A DNA stretch of 64,000 nt from Cyanobacteria bacterium REEB446 (lineage in GTDB: Bacteria; Cyanobacteriota; Vampirovibrionia; LMEP-6097). Positions 1 to 9,644 of the stretch are shown here, piece after piece (position 1 is the first letter of the stretch; every line of letters begins with the position of its first letter). Location of the stretch: assembly GCA_018970325.1 (NCBI GenBank), contig JAGWWP010000001.1, positions 74,570 through 138,569 on the forward strand. Reading direction: 5' to 3'. The translations under genes and the position numbers were made by a program. Under the pieces are notes generated by a model. The model was not told where the DNA came from and searched no databases. It saw only the letters and a program-made list of their open reading frames with translations.

Positions 1-522
1 ATATTTCCAGTTTTTTCTAAGGTTCATAGAGAAAAGCGTTTTAATCATGAGTCCGCTAATTCTTTTGTTGGATCAATAAGAGAAGAGGAAGACAGCAGTG
101 ATAAGTCTAGGTTTGTTAGCTCAAAGCTTAAGAAGAGTCATATTATTTCTTATTATGAATCTACTCCAGACGGTTCTAAGCTTATGGAAGGTATTTGTTT
201 AAATCGCAGTTTTATTGAAGAGGCGGTAAATGCGTTAAAGCAGGATCGGGATGATTTAATTTGGTTTCTAGTTAATGAGCAGGGTGAATTGCAGTATGAT
301 CCTGATGGCGATTTAATTATTTTTAAGTCTGGTGATGGTACGGTCCTTTCTGATGAACAGAGAGAGTGTCAGAAAGTTAGGCTGGGCTTATATGAATCAA
401 AGATAATGATTCAAGGTGCTAATCTCGGTAACTTTGAATGGGATAAGACTTATTTATTTAGTTTTGCTGATACTGGTGAGCTTGAAAGTATAAGACCAAT
501 AGGTAATAATTTCTCTATATGA
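1..522 (+). CDS. Hypothetical protein, 5'-truncated by the window edge
   Basis: The frame of ORF 184..522 is open back to base 1 (IFPVFSKVHREKRF...), so the true start lies upstream of the window. Confidence 0.7.
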   Translation: MFPVFSKVHREKRFNHESANSFVGSIREEEDSSDKSRFVSSKLKKSHIISYYESTPDGSKLMEGICLNRSFIEEAVNALKQDRDDLIWFLVNEQGELQYDPDGDLIIFKSGDGTVLSDEQRECQKVRLGLYESKIMIQGANLGNFEWDKTYLFSFADTGELESIRPIGNNFSI

Positions 523-1007
523 TTTTAATAGCTGCTCTGTTAAGCTTCTGGACTCCTTTCTGGACATCTCAAGAAGAGCAGCAGCAGAGAATTAAAATAG
601 AGAAAGATTGTTTTTTTATTCAGAACATTTGTTTTCGTGATTATGATTTTGCTTATATTGATAGAGATCAGAATTTATTGCTTAGCTTTCAGGAGGCTAA
701 GTTATATCGCTTAGAATTATTTCTTGAGGCAGATAAAAATAGTGATGGCAAGATTAGTGAAGCTGAATTTTTAATAGCCTCTCGCGATTTAGCGTTTAAG
801 CCAGCTTGCTCTGAGAAAAGGGTAGTAGAATCTTATGAAAAGAAGATTCTGAAAGAGTTTAATAAATTTGATTCTAATATGGACATGAGAATAACTTCAC
901 AAGAGCTTGAAAATTATGGTTCACAGGTTTTTGATGAAATGGATATTAATGATGATAATGCGGTCTCAATTAAGGAGTTAAAAGAGTTTAATGCAAGTTT
1001 AAACTAG
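519..1007 (+). CDS. Secreted EF-hand calcium-binding protein
   Basis: Hydrophobic N-terminus; EF-hand-like loops DRDQNLLLSFQE, DKNSDGKISEAE, DSNMDMRITSQE, DINDDNAVSIKE. Confidence 0.8.
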   Translation: MILIAALLSFWTPFWTSQEEQQQRIKIEKDCFFIQNICFRDYDFAYIDRDQNLLLSFQEAKLYRLELFLEADKNSDGKISEAEFLIASRDLAFKPACSEKRVVESYEKKILKEFNKFDSNMDMRITSQELENYGSQVFDEMDINDDNAVSIKELKEFNASLN

Positions 1008-2429
1008 TTCTAGTGCCGTAATTGAGTTTTGTAATTTTTGTTTCTCGCTATTGATGGTCTTAATACGTTTGATAATTAGTTTAGCTTTTTGCCATAAAGA
1101 GAATTGAATTTTATGGCGATAGAGGCTCATTGAGCTGAGTTCCGCTTCATTAGGCTTCTGTATTAATTCCTTTAAATCTAAATGATTCACAAAATTAATA
1201 CCAGCATCTTCTTGCAGGCATCGTGATAAAAGTAAATCTAAGCCATTCTCTGAAGAACTTAAGGCTGCTAAGGCTATAGTTTCTTTTTCGACTATGCTTA
1301 ATGGATTTATCTCTGCCAGAGCCTCCCTGAGGAAATAAGCAGTTTTATTAAAGAATTTTCGTTTTATTAGCTCAGTATCGAAGTACGAACAGGAGCAAAC
1401 TAGGTAGCTGTTTACAGTTTTATAAAAATCTTGGGCTTTAGAATTAGCTTTTATTAATTCCTTATCTAGATCAATAAATCTAACGCCTGCTTCCTCAGCC
1501 ATTTCCCGAACAGTCTCCTGGAGAATCGTTGATAGAAAATCACCTTTATTAAAATATATTTGATAGAGTTTCGCAGAGCTTATATTTATTACTAGCTTTT
1601 TAATACTATATTTCAGCTGCGAAATCTCACTATTATAATTCTCTAGCTCAAGATTTAATTTATCTGAATAAGCGAGAGCAGCATCAAAAGCTAGGAACTC
1701 CTGGCTAGAGATAAAGTCGTTAGTTGTGATGAAGGTATTAAGTAATTTTTCTTGAATTTCTTCAGAGGAGTCTTCAAAAAGTATGGAAAGAGATTTCAGA
1801 AGGCTATCTGGTATTTTTATTTTTTTTGCTGGTATAAAGAGTCTTATCTCGGTATCTAGATCCTGGAGATAGCCAGTATCTGCATCTGGATTCATGTGCA
1901 GGAATACCGCTAGATTCAAAGAATAAGAAAGCTTATTTAATAGAAAGGAATTAATAGCTTCGAGATCATTAGAATCTTCGCTAAATAAGGTTTTTATGAG
2001 TTTGCTTAAATAATCTAGGATTAAAGAATAAAATATATAGATTTGGAACTGAGTATCTCTAGGCAGGAAATCAAAATTAAAGAATTTATTAGTGCGATCT
2101 AGGATTATCATTAAATAGGCTTTCTTCTCTAATTCAGATCTATCTTCATTATTAATGTCTAGATCACCACTTAGATAATTTTCAACAGCAGGCCATAATT
2201 TTTCTGCTAGCTCTGTTCCAGAATAGTTTTTATTTTTTTGAAATCGATAGAGATTGCGTATTAATCTTCTTATATGACTAGGGTTATATTTAGATTTAAA
2301 TTCGTTAATTTTTCCAAAATAATCACGAATTTCTGATTTCAGTCTTTTAACGATTTCAATTTTTGCAGCTAAAGAACTTTTAAGTGCAAAGTTATGCATG
2401 AAGAATACGGAGGTGTTTTGATTGATCAT
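999..2429 (-). CDS. Hypothetical protein (476 aa, helical-looking)
   Basis: Long ORF; no recognised motif. Confidence 0.7.
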   Translation of the reverse strand: MINQNTSVFFMHNFALKSSLAAKIEIVKRLKSEIRDYFGKINEFKSKYNPSHIRRLIRNLYRFQKNKNYSGTELAEKLWPAVENYLSGDLDINNEDRSELEKKAYLMIILDRTNKFFNFDFLPRDTQFQIYIFYSLILDYLSKLIKTLFSEDSNDLEAINSFLLNKLSYSLNLAVFLHMNPDADTGYLQDLDTEIRLFIPAKKIKIPDSLLKSLSILFEDSSEEIQEKLLNTFITTNDFISSQEFLAFDAALAYSDKLNLELENYNSEISQLKYSIKKLVINISSAKLYQIYFNKGDFLSTILQETVREMAEEAGVRFIDLDKELIKANSKAQDFYKTVNSYLVCSCSYFDTELIKRKFFNKTAYFLREALAEINPLSIVEKETIALAALSSSENGLDLLLSRCLQEDAGINFVNHLDLKELIQKPNEAELSSMSLYRHKIQFSLWQKAKLIIKRIKTINSEKQKLQNSITALELV

Positions 2430-2901
2430 TTTGGCTTCCTCGATTTAAACGAATCAAATTTCAAAGTAAATACTATCATACTTAAATAAGTCATTCGGAA
2501 TATTTCTGTAAAGACTTATAAAAATATTTTAATAATCGTGAATCCTTTTTTTAATCAGTCTCTCATTCTGTTGAATGGCCAAATAAACATTCAAACCACA
2601 GTGCTAAAAAGGACATTCAAGAATTAAATGAAGAAACCATTAATTATTAAGAAAAAAGGTAGAGATGTTTGGGCTGATGAAGGAAGAATTTTTAAAGATA
2701 AGTCTCATGTTTTTCTAAAAATAATTGATATTTAATTTTTGAGTTTTTGCTCCATAAATCTTGTGGGGCATGGATTTCTGATCTTATTAATGATATTTAT
2801 TGACAATTATTATCAAGATAATTTACGGAGCTTTTGCCAAAATACAGCAATTTTAATGTATTATATAGTTTTAATAATACTTTCCAGATTTAGTGGGAAG
2901 T

Positions 2902-3906
2902 ATGAAGGGGAAGCTCAATATGGATATGATGAAAACTGCTGAATACGTTAGTGATTATTTAAATAAAATTCAAAAAGATAACGATACGATGAAGGCTTAC
3001 AGCCTAGATTTGGAGAAATTTGTGAATACTTTCGGTGAGAGGAATATTTCTGATCTTAAGAAAGAGGATTTAGATGAGTATCTTAATGCTCTTTTGACTA
3101 GGTCTGGGAAGAAAGTTAGTGTTGCTACGCAAAATAGGCATTATGCGACTCTAAGTTGTTTCTTTAACTACTTACTTAGAGCTGGTTCTATAAATGATAA
3201 TCCGATGAAGAAAATAGAGCGTCGTAGACCTCTTAAAGATCAAGGAGAAGCTAATAATAAAGAGATAATTCGTTATTTAGATAAAGAGACGGTAAATGTC
3301 ATTTTATCTAGATCAAGATCTTTAAGAGAAGAGTTCCTTTTTGATTTGCTCTATAGTAGTGGCTTAAGAATATCAGAAGCACTCTCTTTAAATGTTCAGG
3401 ATATTCGTAATGGAGTTATTCATGTTAGGCAAGGTAAAGGAAACAAGGCTAGGATAACTTATTTATCTAAATCTAGTGAGAAGCTATTTAAAAAGTTTAT
3501 GGAAAAGAGAATACCAGAGAGAGCTGTGGTTTCTAAAGCTAGAACTATTGAAGAAGCTAAGAAGTTACAAGCTGAAGGTGCTTTGTTCACGACTAATAAT
3601 GGAACGAGATTGGGTTATCACAGGGCTAATCAATTATTTAAACAGGCTTCAGAGGATCTTAAGAATCCAGATGGTACGGTTTTGACGATTCATCAGCTTA
3701 GGCATACATTCTGCACAGAAAGAGTCGGTTACATAGATATCAGAGTGCTTCAGAAGCTTGCTGGACATAGTGATATTAGAACTACTTTAAGATATGCGAA
3801 AGTCGCGGATAAAGTTGCTAAGAATCAGTTTGCTAAGTTTGATGAAGACAGAGATAGAATTCTTGTCGAGACAGAAATTGAAGAGGACAATATTTCGTCT
3901 TATTAG
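2902..3906 (+). CDS. Tyrosine recombinase, XerC/XerD-like
   Basis: Catalytic motifs SGLRISE (R), GKG (K), HQLRH (HxxR), LAGH...TTLRY (H, Y); N-terminal SAM-like region; ATG at 2902, alternative GTG at 2893. Confidence 0.92.
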   Translation: MKGKLNMDMMKTAEYVSDYLNKIQKDNDTMKAYSLDLEKFVNTFGERNISDLKKEDLDEYLNALLTRSGKKVSVATQNRHYATLSCFFNYLLRAGSINDNPMKKIERRRPLKDQGEANNKEIIRYLDKETVNVILSRSRSLREEFLFDLLYSSGLRISEALSLNVQDIRNGVIHVRQGKGNKARITYLSKSSEKLFKKFMEKRIPERAVVSKARTIEEAKKLQAEGALFTTNNGTRLGYHRANQLFKQASEDLKNPDGTVLTIHQLRHTFCTERVGYIDIRVLQKLAGHSDIRTTLRYAKVADKVAKNQFAKFDEDRDRILVETEIEEDNISSY

Positions 3907-3983
3907 GCTTCTTTGCCTCAGTGTTAAAAAAATTTCCAGAGTTGTATTGCTTAGAGTTCGATGGGATTTTTAGAATCATAGAT

Positions 3984-4012
3984 AAAAAGGGCTGATATTA
4001 TCAGCCCTTTTT
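3984..4012. terminator. Intrinsic terminator hairpin downstream of the recombinase
   Basis: aaaaagggctgat-att-atcagcccttttt perfect stem with A/T tails. Confidence 0.8.
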
Positions 4013-4133
4013 GAGACCGCTGCACGACTCCATTTTCTGCGTTTTCGTCGTCCTCATGATCCTCATGGATGCTTGGTACACTGCGGTCATTCCTCCTCCT
4101 CAGCCTTGAAACTGCACGTTGTGCAGTGATCTC
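4013..4133 (-). repeat. Full-length ~120-bp palindromic element (RPE-like), intergenic copy
   Basis: Terminal inverted arms 4013-4028 and 4118-4133 (13/16); 94-nt core is 83/94 identical, ungapped, to the copy inside guaA. Confidence 0.92.
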
Positions 4134-4176
4134 TTTATTAGGCATATATGTTTTATGAAAATTCTCTCAGAAAAAG

Positions 4177-4347
4177 CTTAGGGGTCTTGCCTATGATTTT
4201 GTGAGATTTGGATTTGGAAAATCCTATGATTACGGAACGACATAATTACGAGGTTTTCGTGTCAGACAGGGTTATATAAACTTATAATCAGAAAATTTTA
4301 TCAAGTTTTTTTTAAAAGTACTTTTACTGCGGGGCAAGACCCCGAAG
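4177..4347. repeat. 15-bp inverted repeat pair flanking a 141-bp AT-rich segment
   Basis: cttaggggtcttgcc (4177-4191) vs ggcaagaccccgaag (4333-4347), 14/15 complementary, inner 11 bp perfect. Confidence 0.7.
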
Positions 4348-4551
4348 ATTTTTTTAAATAATAATTCAAGCTATAAGTCTTTCTGGGATTGCTTTTCGTT
4401 TAAAAAAATAGGCTTAGTTTGCTTTAGACACTGTGAAAATGAGGTTGATAGACGATTAAAGCTAAATAATCACCTGCTTTCAGCTTATCAATTAGAATAA
4501 TTACTGTTAGATAAAGGTTATTAGGTCTTCGACCCACTCGAAGGAGAGATT

Positions 4552-4755
4552 ATGTCTATGAATTGGGCACTTACTGTTGGTGCTGTTTTTGTTGCGTCTA
4601 TGGGGACTATCGCTGGAGCTTGTAAGCGTTCTGGAGCTAAGGGAAGGCAGGAAACGTCGGCTACCCCTAATAATAATGTTCCTGATAATGCGGTATCGGC
4701 ATTTTCTAATGGAAAAAGCTCACGAGATTTAGGGACAGCACTTTGTGCTGCCTGA
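4552..4755 (+). CDS. Small secreted or membrane-anchored hypothetical protein
   Basis: Good RBS (gaaggagag) before ATG; hydrophobic N-terminus followed by Cys. Confidence 0.6.
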   Translation: MSMNWALTVGAVFVASMGTIAGACKRSGAKGRQETSATPNNNVPDNAVSAFSNGKSSRDLGTALCAA

Positions 4756-4830
4756 TTCGGTATTACTTGATTTTCCTTATTTGCCCCTCCTCCCCTAACT
4801 ACTCTTTTAATTAATTTAAATCTAGATTTA

Positions 4831-5373
4831 TTGAATTCACTTTTTGATTCAAAAGAAGATCAGAATTTTAGATCATTATTTAAATATAGTGATAGATATC
4901 AATTAGATAAAGTACTTAAAAAGGAGATGGCTCTTAGTCTCAGGCAGCGTACTTACAGTGATGCGAGTTATTATGGAAGCATTGATTCTAAAGCTGCTTT
5001 AGATGTGGGAGATTCAAACCTAAGCCCAGAAGAGAAAGTTGCAAATATGATCTTAGAGCTTCAGAGCCGTGGTGCATTAACTCTTGCCGAGCAGAGTTTA
5101 ACTAATAAAGATATTGCTCAGAAACTAGGTTTAAAACCAGATCATCCAATAGTACTCGCTATCGCTGCTGGGGATTATGATTTAGCACAGGAATTATCAG
5201 TAGGACTTAATGTGGAGGCTTCTATAAACGCTATAGCGCCAGAAAATGCTATCGCGAATAAAGGTTTAGATGATGAGTGGTTAAGTATTAGTAATAGTGT
5301 TATACCAATAGAGGAAAGCAATCCCTCTAAACTCACGGGGGGCAGCAAATTCCTCAACCTCACTTTTGTCTGA
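4831..5373 (+). CDS. Hypothetical protein
   Basis: 180-aa ORF ending just before a terminator; start uncertain. Confidence 0.65.
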   Translation: MNSLFDSKEDQNFRSLFKYSDRYQLDKVLKKEMALSLRQRTYSDASYYGSIDSKAALDVGDSNLSPEEKVANMILELQSRGALTLAEQSLTNKDIAQKLGLKPDHPIVLAIAAGDYDLAQELSVGLNVEASINAIAPENAIANKGLDDEWLSISNSVIPIEESNPSKLTGGSKFLNLTFV

Positions 5374-5378
5374 AACAC

Positions 5379-5424
5379 TAAAACACAAAAAAGGAACCCC
5401 TATGGGTTCCTTTTTTGTGTTTTA
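5379..5424. terminator. Bidirectional intrinsic terminator
   Basis: 21-bp perfect inverted repeat taaaacacaaaaaaggaaccc-ctat-gggttccttttttgtgtttta between convergent genes. Confidence 0.9.
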
Positions 5425-5448
5425 ACTTAAATTTTGAGTTTACTAGTA

Positions 5449-6330
5449 TTAAACAAACTGCTCAATAAGCTTATGCTGAAGATCTTTAGATAAGCCTAGC
5501 TCATGCTGAACTAGAGGCTTTTCTAGAACTTCTTTTTCAAATTCCTCATACTGAGAACGTTCTTGAACATAGAATATACCAGTACCGATTCTATCAGTCT
5601 CTAAAGCTCTCTCTAAAGCTGCTGCCTTAGAAGTTTTATCATGATTTTCACCTTCGATTTCGTAAGTGTTATCACGATAGAACTGAGCAGTGTTAACTTT
5701 ATTAAAAGTAACACAAGGGCTGAAAGTATCTATATAAGCGAAACCTTTATGCTTAACCGCTGCTTTATAAATCTCTACTAACTGTTTAGGATTACCAGAG
5801 AAACCTCTAGCTACGAAACTACAGCCTGCAGAAAGTGCTAAAGCAATAGGATTTAAAGGCATTTCAGGATTACCAAATGGCGTCGATTTAGTTTTCATGT
5901 TAAGTCCGCTAGTAGGTGAGGTTTGGCCAGTAGTAAGACCATATATAGAGTTATTCATAACCACGTAAGTCATGTCTATATTACGTCTCATCGCGTGAAT
6001 GAAGTGACCTACACCGATACCGTAACCATCACCATCACCGCCACAAGCTATTACGTTCATCGCATGGTTAGCGAGTTTGAAGCCTTGAGCGATAGGTAGT
6101 GATCTACCATGTAGAGTATGTAATCCATAAGTGTTAATGAAACCTGGTAGGTTAGATGAACAACCAATACCAGAAACTATCATAACTTCATTAGCAGGGA
6201 TACCCATTTCAGCTAGAGCTCTTTGAAGTACACTAAGTACACCGAAGTCGCCACAACCTGGACACCAGTCTGGGTGAACATCACCTTTATAATCTGCTAT
6301 AGTAACGGGGTTTTCTGTAATACTAGGCAT
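5449..6330 (-). CDS. korB: 2-oxoacid:ferredoxin oxidoreductase beta subunit
   Basis: WCPGCGD, SGIGCSS, GGDGDG...NN TPP-binding motif, SPCVTFN. Confidence 0.92.
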   Translation of the reverse strand: MPSITENPVTIADYKGDVHPDWCPGCGDFGVLSVLQRALAEMGIPANEVMIVSGIGCSSNLPGFINTYGLHTLHGRSLPIAQGFKLANHAMNVIACGGDGDGYGIGVGHFIHAMRRNIDMTYVVMNNSIYGLTTGQTSPTSGLNMKTKSTPFGNPEMPLNPIALALSAGCSFVARGFSGNPKQLVEIYKAAVKHKGFAYIDTFSPCVTFNKVNTAQFYRDNTYEIEGENHDKTSKAAALERALETDRIGTGIFYVQERSQYEEFEKEVLEKPLVQHELGLSKDLQHKLIEQFV

Positions 6331-8089
6331 GTGCTAACTCCTTTTTTTTAACTGCATTAACGATATACTCTCCAGTGAACGGCTCACCATCGAATCTATT
6401 AATAAATCTCTTAAGCTCAAATCCAGTCTCTGCTAGGATTAGCTTGCTCATTTGATTGCTCATATTATTTTCTACTGCCACAATCTCATTACAAGAATTA
6501 AATACTTCTACAAGCTTCTCTCTATCCATAGGATATAGATCAGTGAAATGTAAATGATTTATGGATAAACCATCTGCTCTTAAAGTTTCACAAGCTTCTT
6601 CGATGTAATCGAATGTAGAACCCCATCCTAGAAGAGTTAATTTAGCGTCTTTAGGACCAACGATTTCAGGAAGATTAATATCATTCTCTTTAAGCATAGT
6701 CTCTTCTTTACGCATTCTCTTAGGGTGCATTTTCATTCTAACGTCAATCGCTCTTGGTAAACCAGCAAGAATGTCAGAGATGAGTTCTCCATTTTCATCA
6801 TGCTCGTCTGAACCTGAGCAATACATATGACCAGCTGCTCCTGGCATTAATCTTGGAGAAATGCCATCTTCAGTAACTTCATATCTCTTGTATCTAGCTG
6901 CACCAGCAGGAAGTTCTTTCATGAACTTACCACGTTCGATGCTGATTTTAGAGAAATCAAATGGATCTACAGTCTGATAATGCTCTGATAAGAACAAGTC
7001 AGAAAGAATAATTACTGGACACTGATATTTTTCAGCAAGGTTAAGTGCTCTAGCAGACTGGAAGAAAGCATCTTCTACATCTTTAGGAGCGATAACGATT
7101 CTAGGGAAATCGCCATTACCACCCATAACTAGCTTAATATCAGCTTGTTCTTGTTTAGTAGGAAGACCAGTAGAAGGTCCACCACGCTGAACGTTAATTA
7201 GAACTACAGGTACTTCTAACATACCAGCTAAACCGACAGCTTCTACCATTAGACAGTAGCCACCACCAGATGTAGCTGTAGCAGCTCTAACACCTGCGTG
7301 TCCCGCTCCGATAGCGAAGTTAGCTGCTGCTAATTCATCTTCAGTCTGTTTAACGATAATTTTAGCTTTTTTAGCTTGAGTAGATAGGTAGTGAAGAATA
7401 CCAGTCGCTGGAGACATAGGGTAAGCTGCGTAAGACTTAAGACCACCAGCTAGAAGTCCCATACCGATAGCATCGTTACCAGTCATAAACATTCTCTTCT
7501 TGCCATCACCGTTTAAAGAGAGACCAGATTTAGCATTAGCTTTAGCCCAAGCCACACCAGCATTGAATACTTTTTGGTTTACTTCTACGATTTCATCACC
7601 TTTTTTAGTGAATTTTTCTTTGAAGAATTCTAAGCTAACACCAGTATCTAAACCGACTGTTTGGATAAGCGCACCAGCAAGTAGTACGTTTACCATTACT
7701 GGAGAGACTCCAGGGAAATCACATAATTCTTTAAAATCTAGACCATAGTACTGAAGGTCATCACGGATTACAGAAAGATCTTCTTTAATTTTAGAAATAT
7801 CATAAAAAACGATACCACCAGATTTCATATCAGGGATATGCACTTCAGGGCTAGTTTTATTTAGTAATAAAGCTACATCGGGCTGTTCGCCGTGACATCG
7901 AGTTTTTTCTTCACCTACGTTTAACTGTAACCATACATGACCACCTCTAATTGCAGACTGGTAAGCATTATAGGCCATTACATGTAAACCCATTCTAGAA
8001 CAGGTTTTACCGAACAGTTCGCCCGTAGAAGCTATACCGTCACCAGCAGCTCCAGCGATTCTGACTATGACATTCTTTTTTTCACTCAT
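6323..8089 (-). CDS. korA: 2-oxoacid:ferredoxin oxidoreductase alpha subunit (gamma-alpha fusion)
   Basis: AGAAGDG, AIRGG, YPMSPAT, EDE, QRGGPSTGLPT. Confidence 0.92.
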   Translation of the reverse strand: MSEKKNVIVRIAGAAGDGIASTGELFGKTCSRMGLHVMAYNAYQSAIRGGHVWLQLNVGEEKTRCHGEQPDVALLLNKTSPEVHIPDMKSGGIVFYDISKIKEDLSVIRDDLQYYGLDFKELCDFPGVSPVMVNVLLAGALIQTVGLDTGVSLEFFKEKFTKKGDEIVEVNQKVFNAGVAWAKANAKSGLSLNGDGKKRMFMTGNDAIGMGLLAGGLKSYAAYPMSPATGILHYLSTQAKKAKIIVKQTEDELAAANFAIGAGHAGVRAATATSGGGYCLMVEAVGLAGMLEVPVVLINVQRGGPSTGLPTKQEQADIKLVMGGNGDFPRIVIAPKDVEDAFFQSARALNLAEKYQCPVIILSDLFLSEHYQTVDPFDFSKISIERGKFMKELPAGAARYKRYEVTEDGISPRLMPGAAGHMYCSGSDEHDENGELISDILAGLPRAIDVRMKMHPKRMRKEETMLKENDINLPEIVGPKDAKLTLLGWGSTFDYIEEACETLRADGLSINHLHFTDLYPMDREKLVEVFNSCNEIVAVENNMSNQMSKLILAETGFELKRFINRFDGEPFTGEYIVNAVKKKELAHA

Positions 8090-8197
8090 AAATTAAAAAT
8101 TCTTTTCTTCCCAACTCATACAAATTTAGCATTTATAGTTAGCTACCATCAAGCATTTATTTGTTTTCGGTTCCTGTATTAATATTAATAAGTAGAG

Positions 8198-9031
8198 TTA
8201 TTTTTTCAAAGCCTCGTTGAATTGGGCGACAGTCGCTTTAGCCTTATAATCCTCAGCAGTCTCTTTATCACCGAGTTTCATATAAAAGATAGATAAATTA
8301 GTTTTCGCCATTATCGAGTCTGGATTTAATTCCTCTAATTTTTTCATCGCTTCTATCGCAGACTGGAAATTATTTTCACGAGCGAATATTACTCCTAAAA
8401 GCTCGTAAGCATCTTCATTCTTGGCATTTTCTTTAATAGCTTTTTCTAGTAATTCTTTAATTTCTGAATAATCCTGAATATCTAAGCGAGTGAATAAATC
8501 CCTAGCCTCGTCAGAGTATTTCAGGGAGCGTTCTTTACGTTTTTTTAAGCCGATATTAACGAATTTAGAAAGTACTTCTTGTCCAGGAAAGCAGCCTTTA
8601 TCTTTAGGGAAATATTTTTCGACTAAATCTAATTTAATTAGCGAGTCTGTTTCACTAAAGTCTTCTAAAAGAAGATTCTTTAAAGATTCTAGTAAGTCTT
8701 CTGTTTCGCTGAATGTCTTTCTCAGCCAGTCTTCTAAAGAATTTAAGTCTAGGTTTTCTGTGAGAGTTTCTAACTGAACATCGTCGAAGATAATAAATTT
8801 TTCTAGGTGCTGTTTTAAACTAGCTTCCTGAGTGCTATCTATGATGAGTAGAAACTGCTTAGCCTCAGGAATGGGTTTTATAATAAAACTAAGACCTTTA
8901 ATTTCTGCTTTAGGTCCGAGGAAAGCGGCGTAAGCACCACAAGAATTAAGTGAGCGTATATTAGTGCTGCTCTGTCTATGTAAAAAATTTTCTGAATCTG
9001 AACCAGATACTTGAAGTATAGAGTAGATCAT
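8198..9031 (-). CDS. YgfZ/GcvT-like folate-dependent Fe-S maturation protein fused to a TPR domain
   Basis: N-terminal VSGSDSENFLHRQSSTNI; YgfZ signature KGCFPGQE; C-terminal TPRs (AYELLGVIFAR, AKTNLSIFYMKLG). Confidence 0.75.
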   Translation of the reverse strand: MIYSILQVSGSDSENFLHRQSSTNIRSLNSCGAYAAFLGPKAEIKGLSFIIKPIPEAKQFLLIIDSTQEASLKQHLEKFIIFDDVQLETLTENLDLNSLEDWLRKTFSETEDLLESLKNLLLEDFSETDSLIKLDLVEKYFPKDKGCFPGQEVLSKFVNIGLKKRKERSLKYSDEARDLFTRLDIQDYSEIKELLEKAIKENAKNEDAYELLGVIFARENNFQSAIEAMKKLEELNPDSIMAKTNLSIFYMKLGDKETAEDYKAKATVAQFNEALKK

Positions 9032-9034
9032 GGT

Positions 9035-9409
9035 TTAAAACGCTGAAAAACTTTCACCACAGCCACAAGTATTACTAGCATTAGGATTTCTAAAAACGAA
9101 GCCTTTACCCATCAGACCATCATCGAAATGCACTTCCATTCCTTTAAGGTAGATAGCACTTTTAGGATCTATAATCACTGGTAGCACTTCCTCTTCGTCT
9201 GGTACTTGAGCGAACTGTTTATAATCTTTTTCTTGAACTTCATCGAATTTAAGGTCATAGCTTAAACCAGAGCAGCCGCCACCCTTTACAGCGAATCTAA
9301 GCGCATGAGTGCTGTTATTCGCTTGTTCCTTTTTGTACAATCTAAAAGCTTGTTTTATCGCTGATTCAGTTAGATTGACTATGCTGGAGGTTTGTTCTGA
9401 TGTACTCAT
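9035..9409 (-). CDS. iscA: A-type Fe-S cluster carrier (HesB/IscA/ErpA family)
   Basis: GGGCSG and NPNA..TCGCGESF. Confidence 0.92.
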   Translation of the reverse strand: MSTSEQTSSIVNLTESAIKQAFRLYKKEQANNSTHALRFAVKGGGCSGLSYDLKFDEVQEKDYKQFAQVPDEEEVLPVIIDPKSAIYLKGMEVHFDDGLMGKGFVFRNPNASNTCGCGESFSAF

Positions 9410-9526
9410 AATTTTAAACTCCGTACTCTTGCAGCCTTGGCTGATAAAGCTTATGGGGTAATTCCTTAATAATTAATTATACCCTTTTAAGCTTATATTT
9501 ATGATATATTGTTGTACTTGTAGTTT

Positions 9527-9603
9527 GCGCCCGTAGCTCAGCTGGATAGAGCAATTGCCTTCTAAGCAATGGGTCACTGGTTCGAATCCAGTCGGGCGTG
9601 CCA
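9527..9603 (+). tRNA. tRNA-Arg(UCU)
   Basis: Cloverleaf gcgcccg...cgggcgtgCCA; anticodon arm attgc-ctTCTaa-gcaat; T-loop ggttcgaatcc. Confidence 0.96.
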
Positions 9604-9644
9604 TTTTTTTTGATATAGAGCCAGGATACACAGTGAAGTTAAAG

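Noticed and set aside
2628-2942. Short ORFs upstream of the recombinase (2628-2735, 2739-2942)
   Set aside because: AT-rich divergent promoter region with no convincing RBS or recognisable motif.
3951-4145. 64-aa ORF (MPNKEITAQR...HEDHEDDENAENG)
   Set aside because: It is the open frame of the palindromic element running into a terminator; not evidence of an independent gene.
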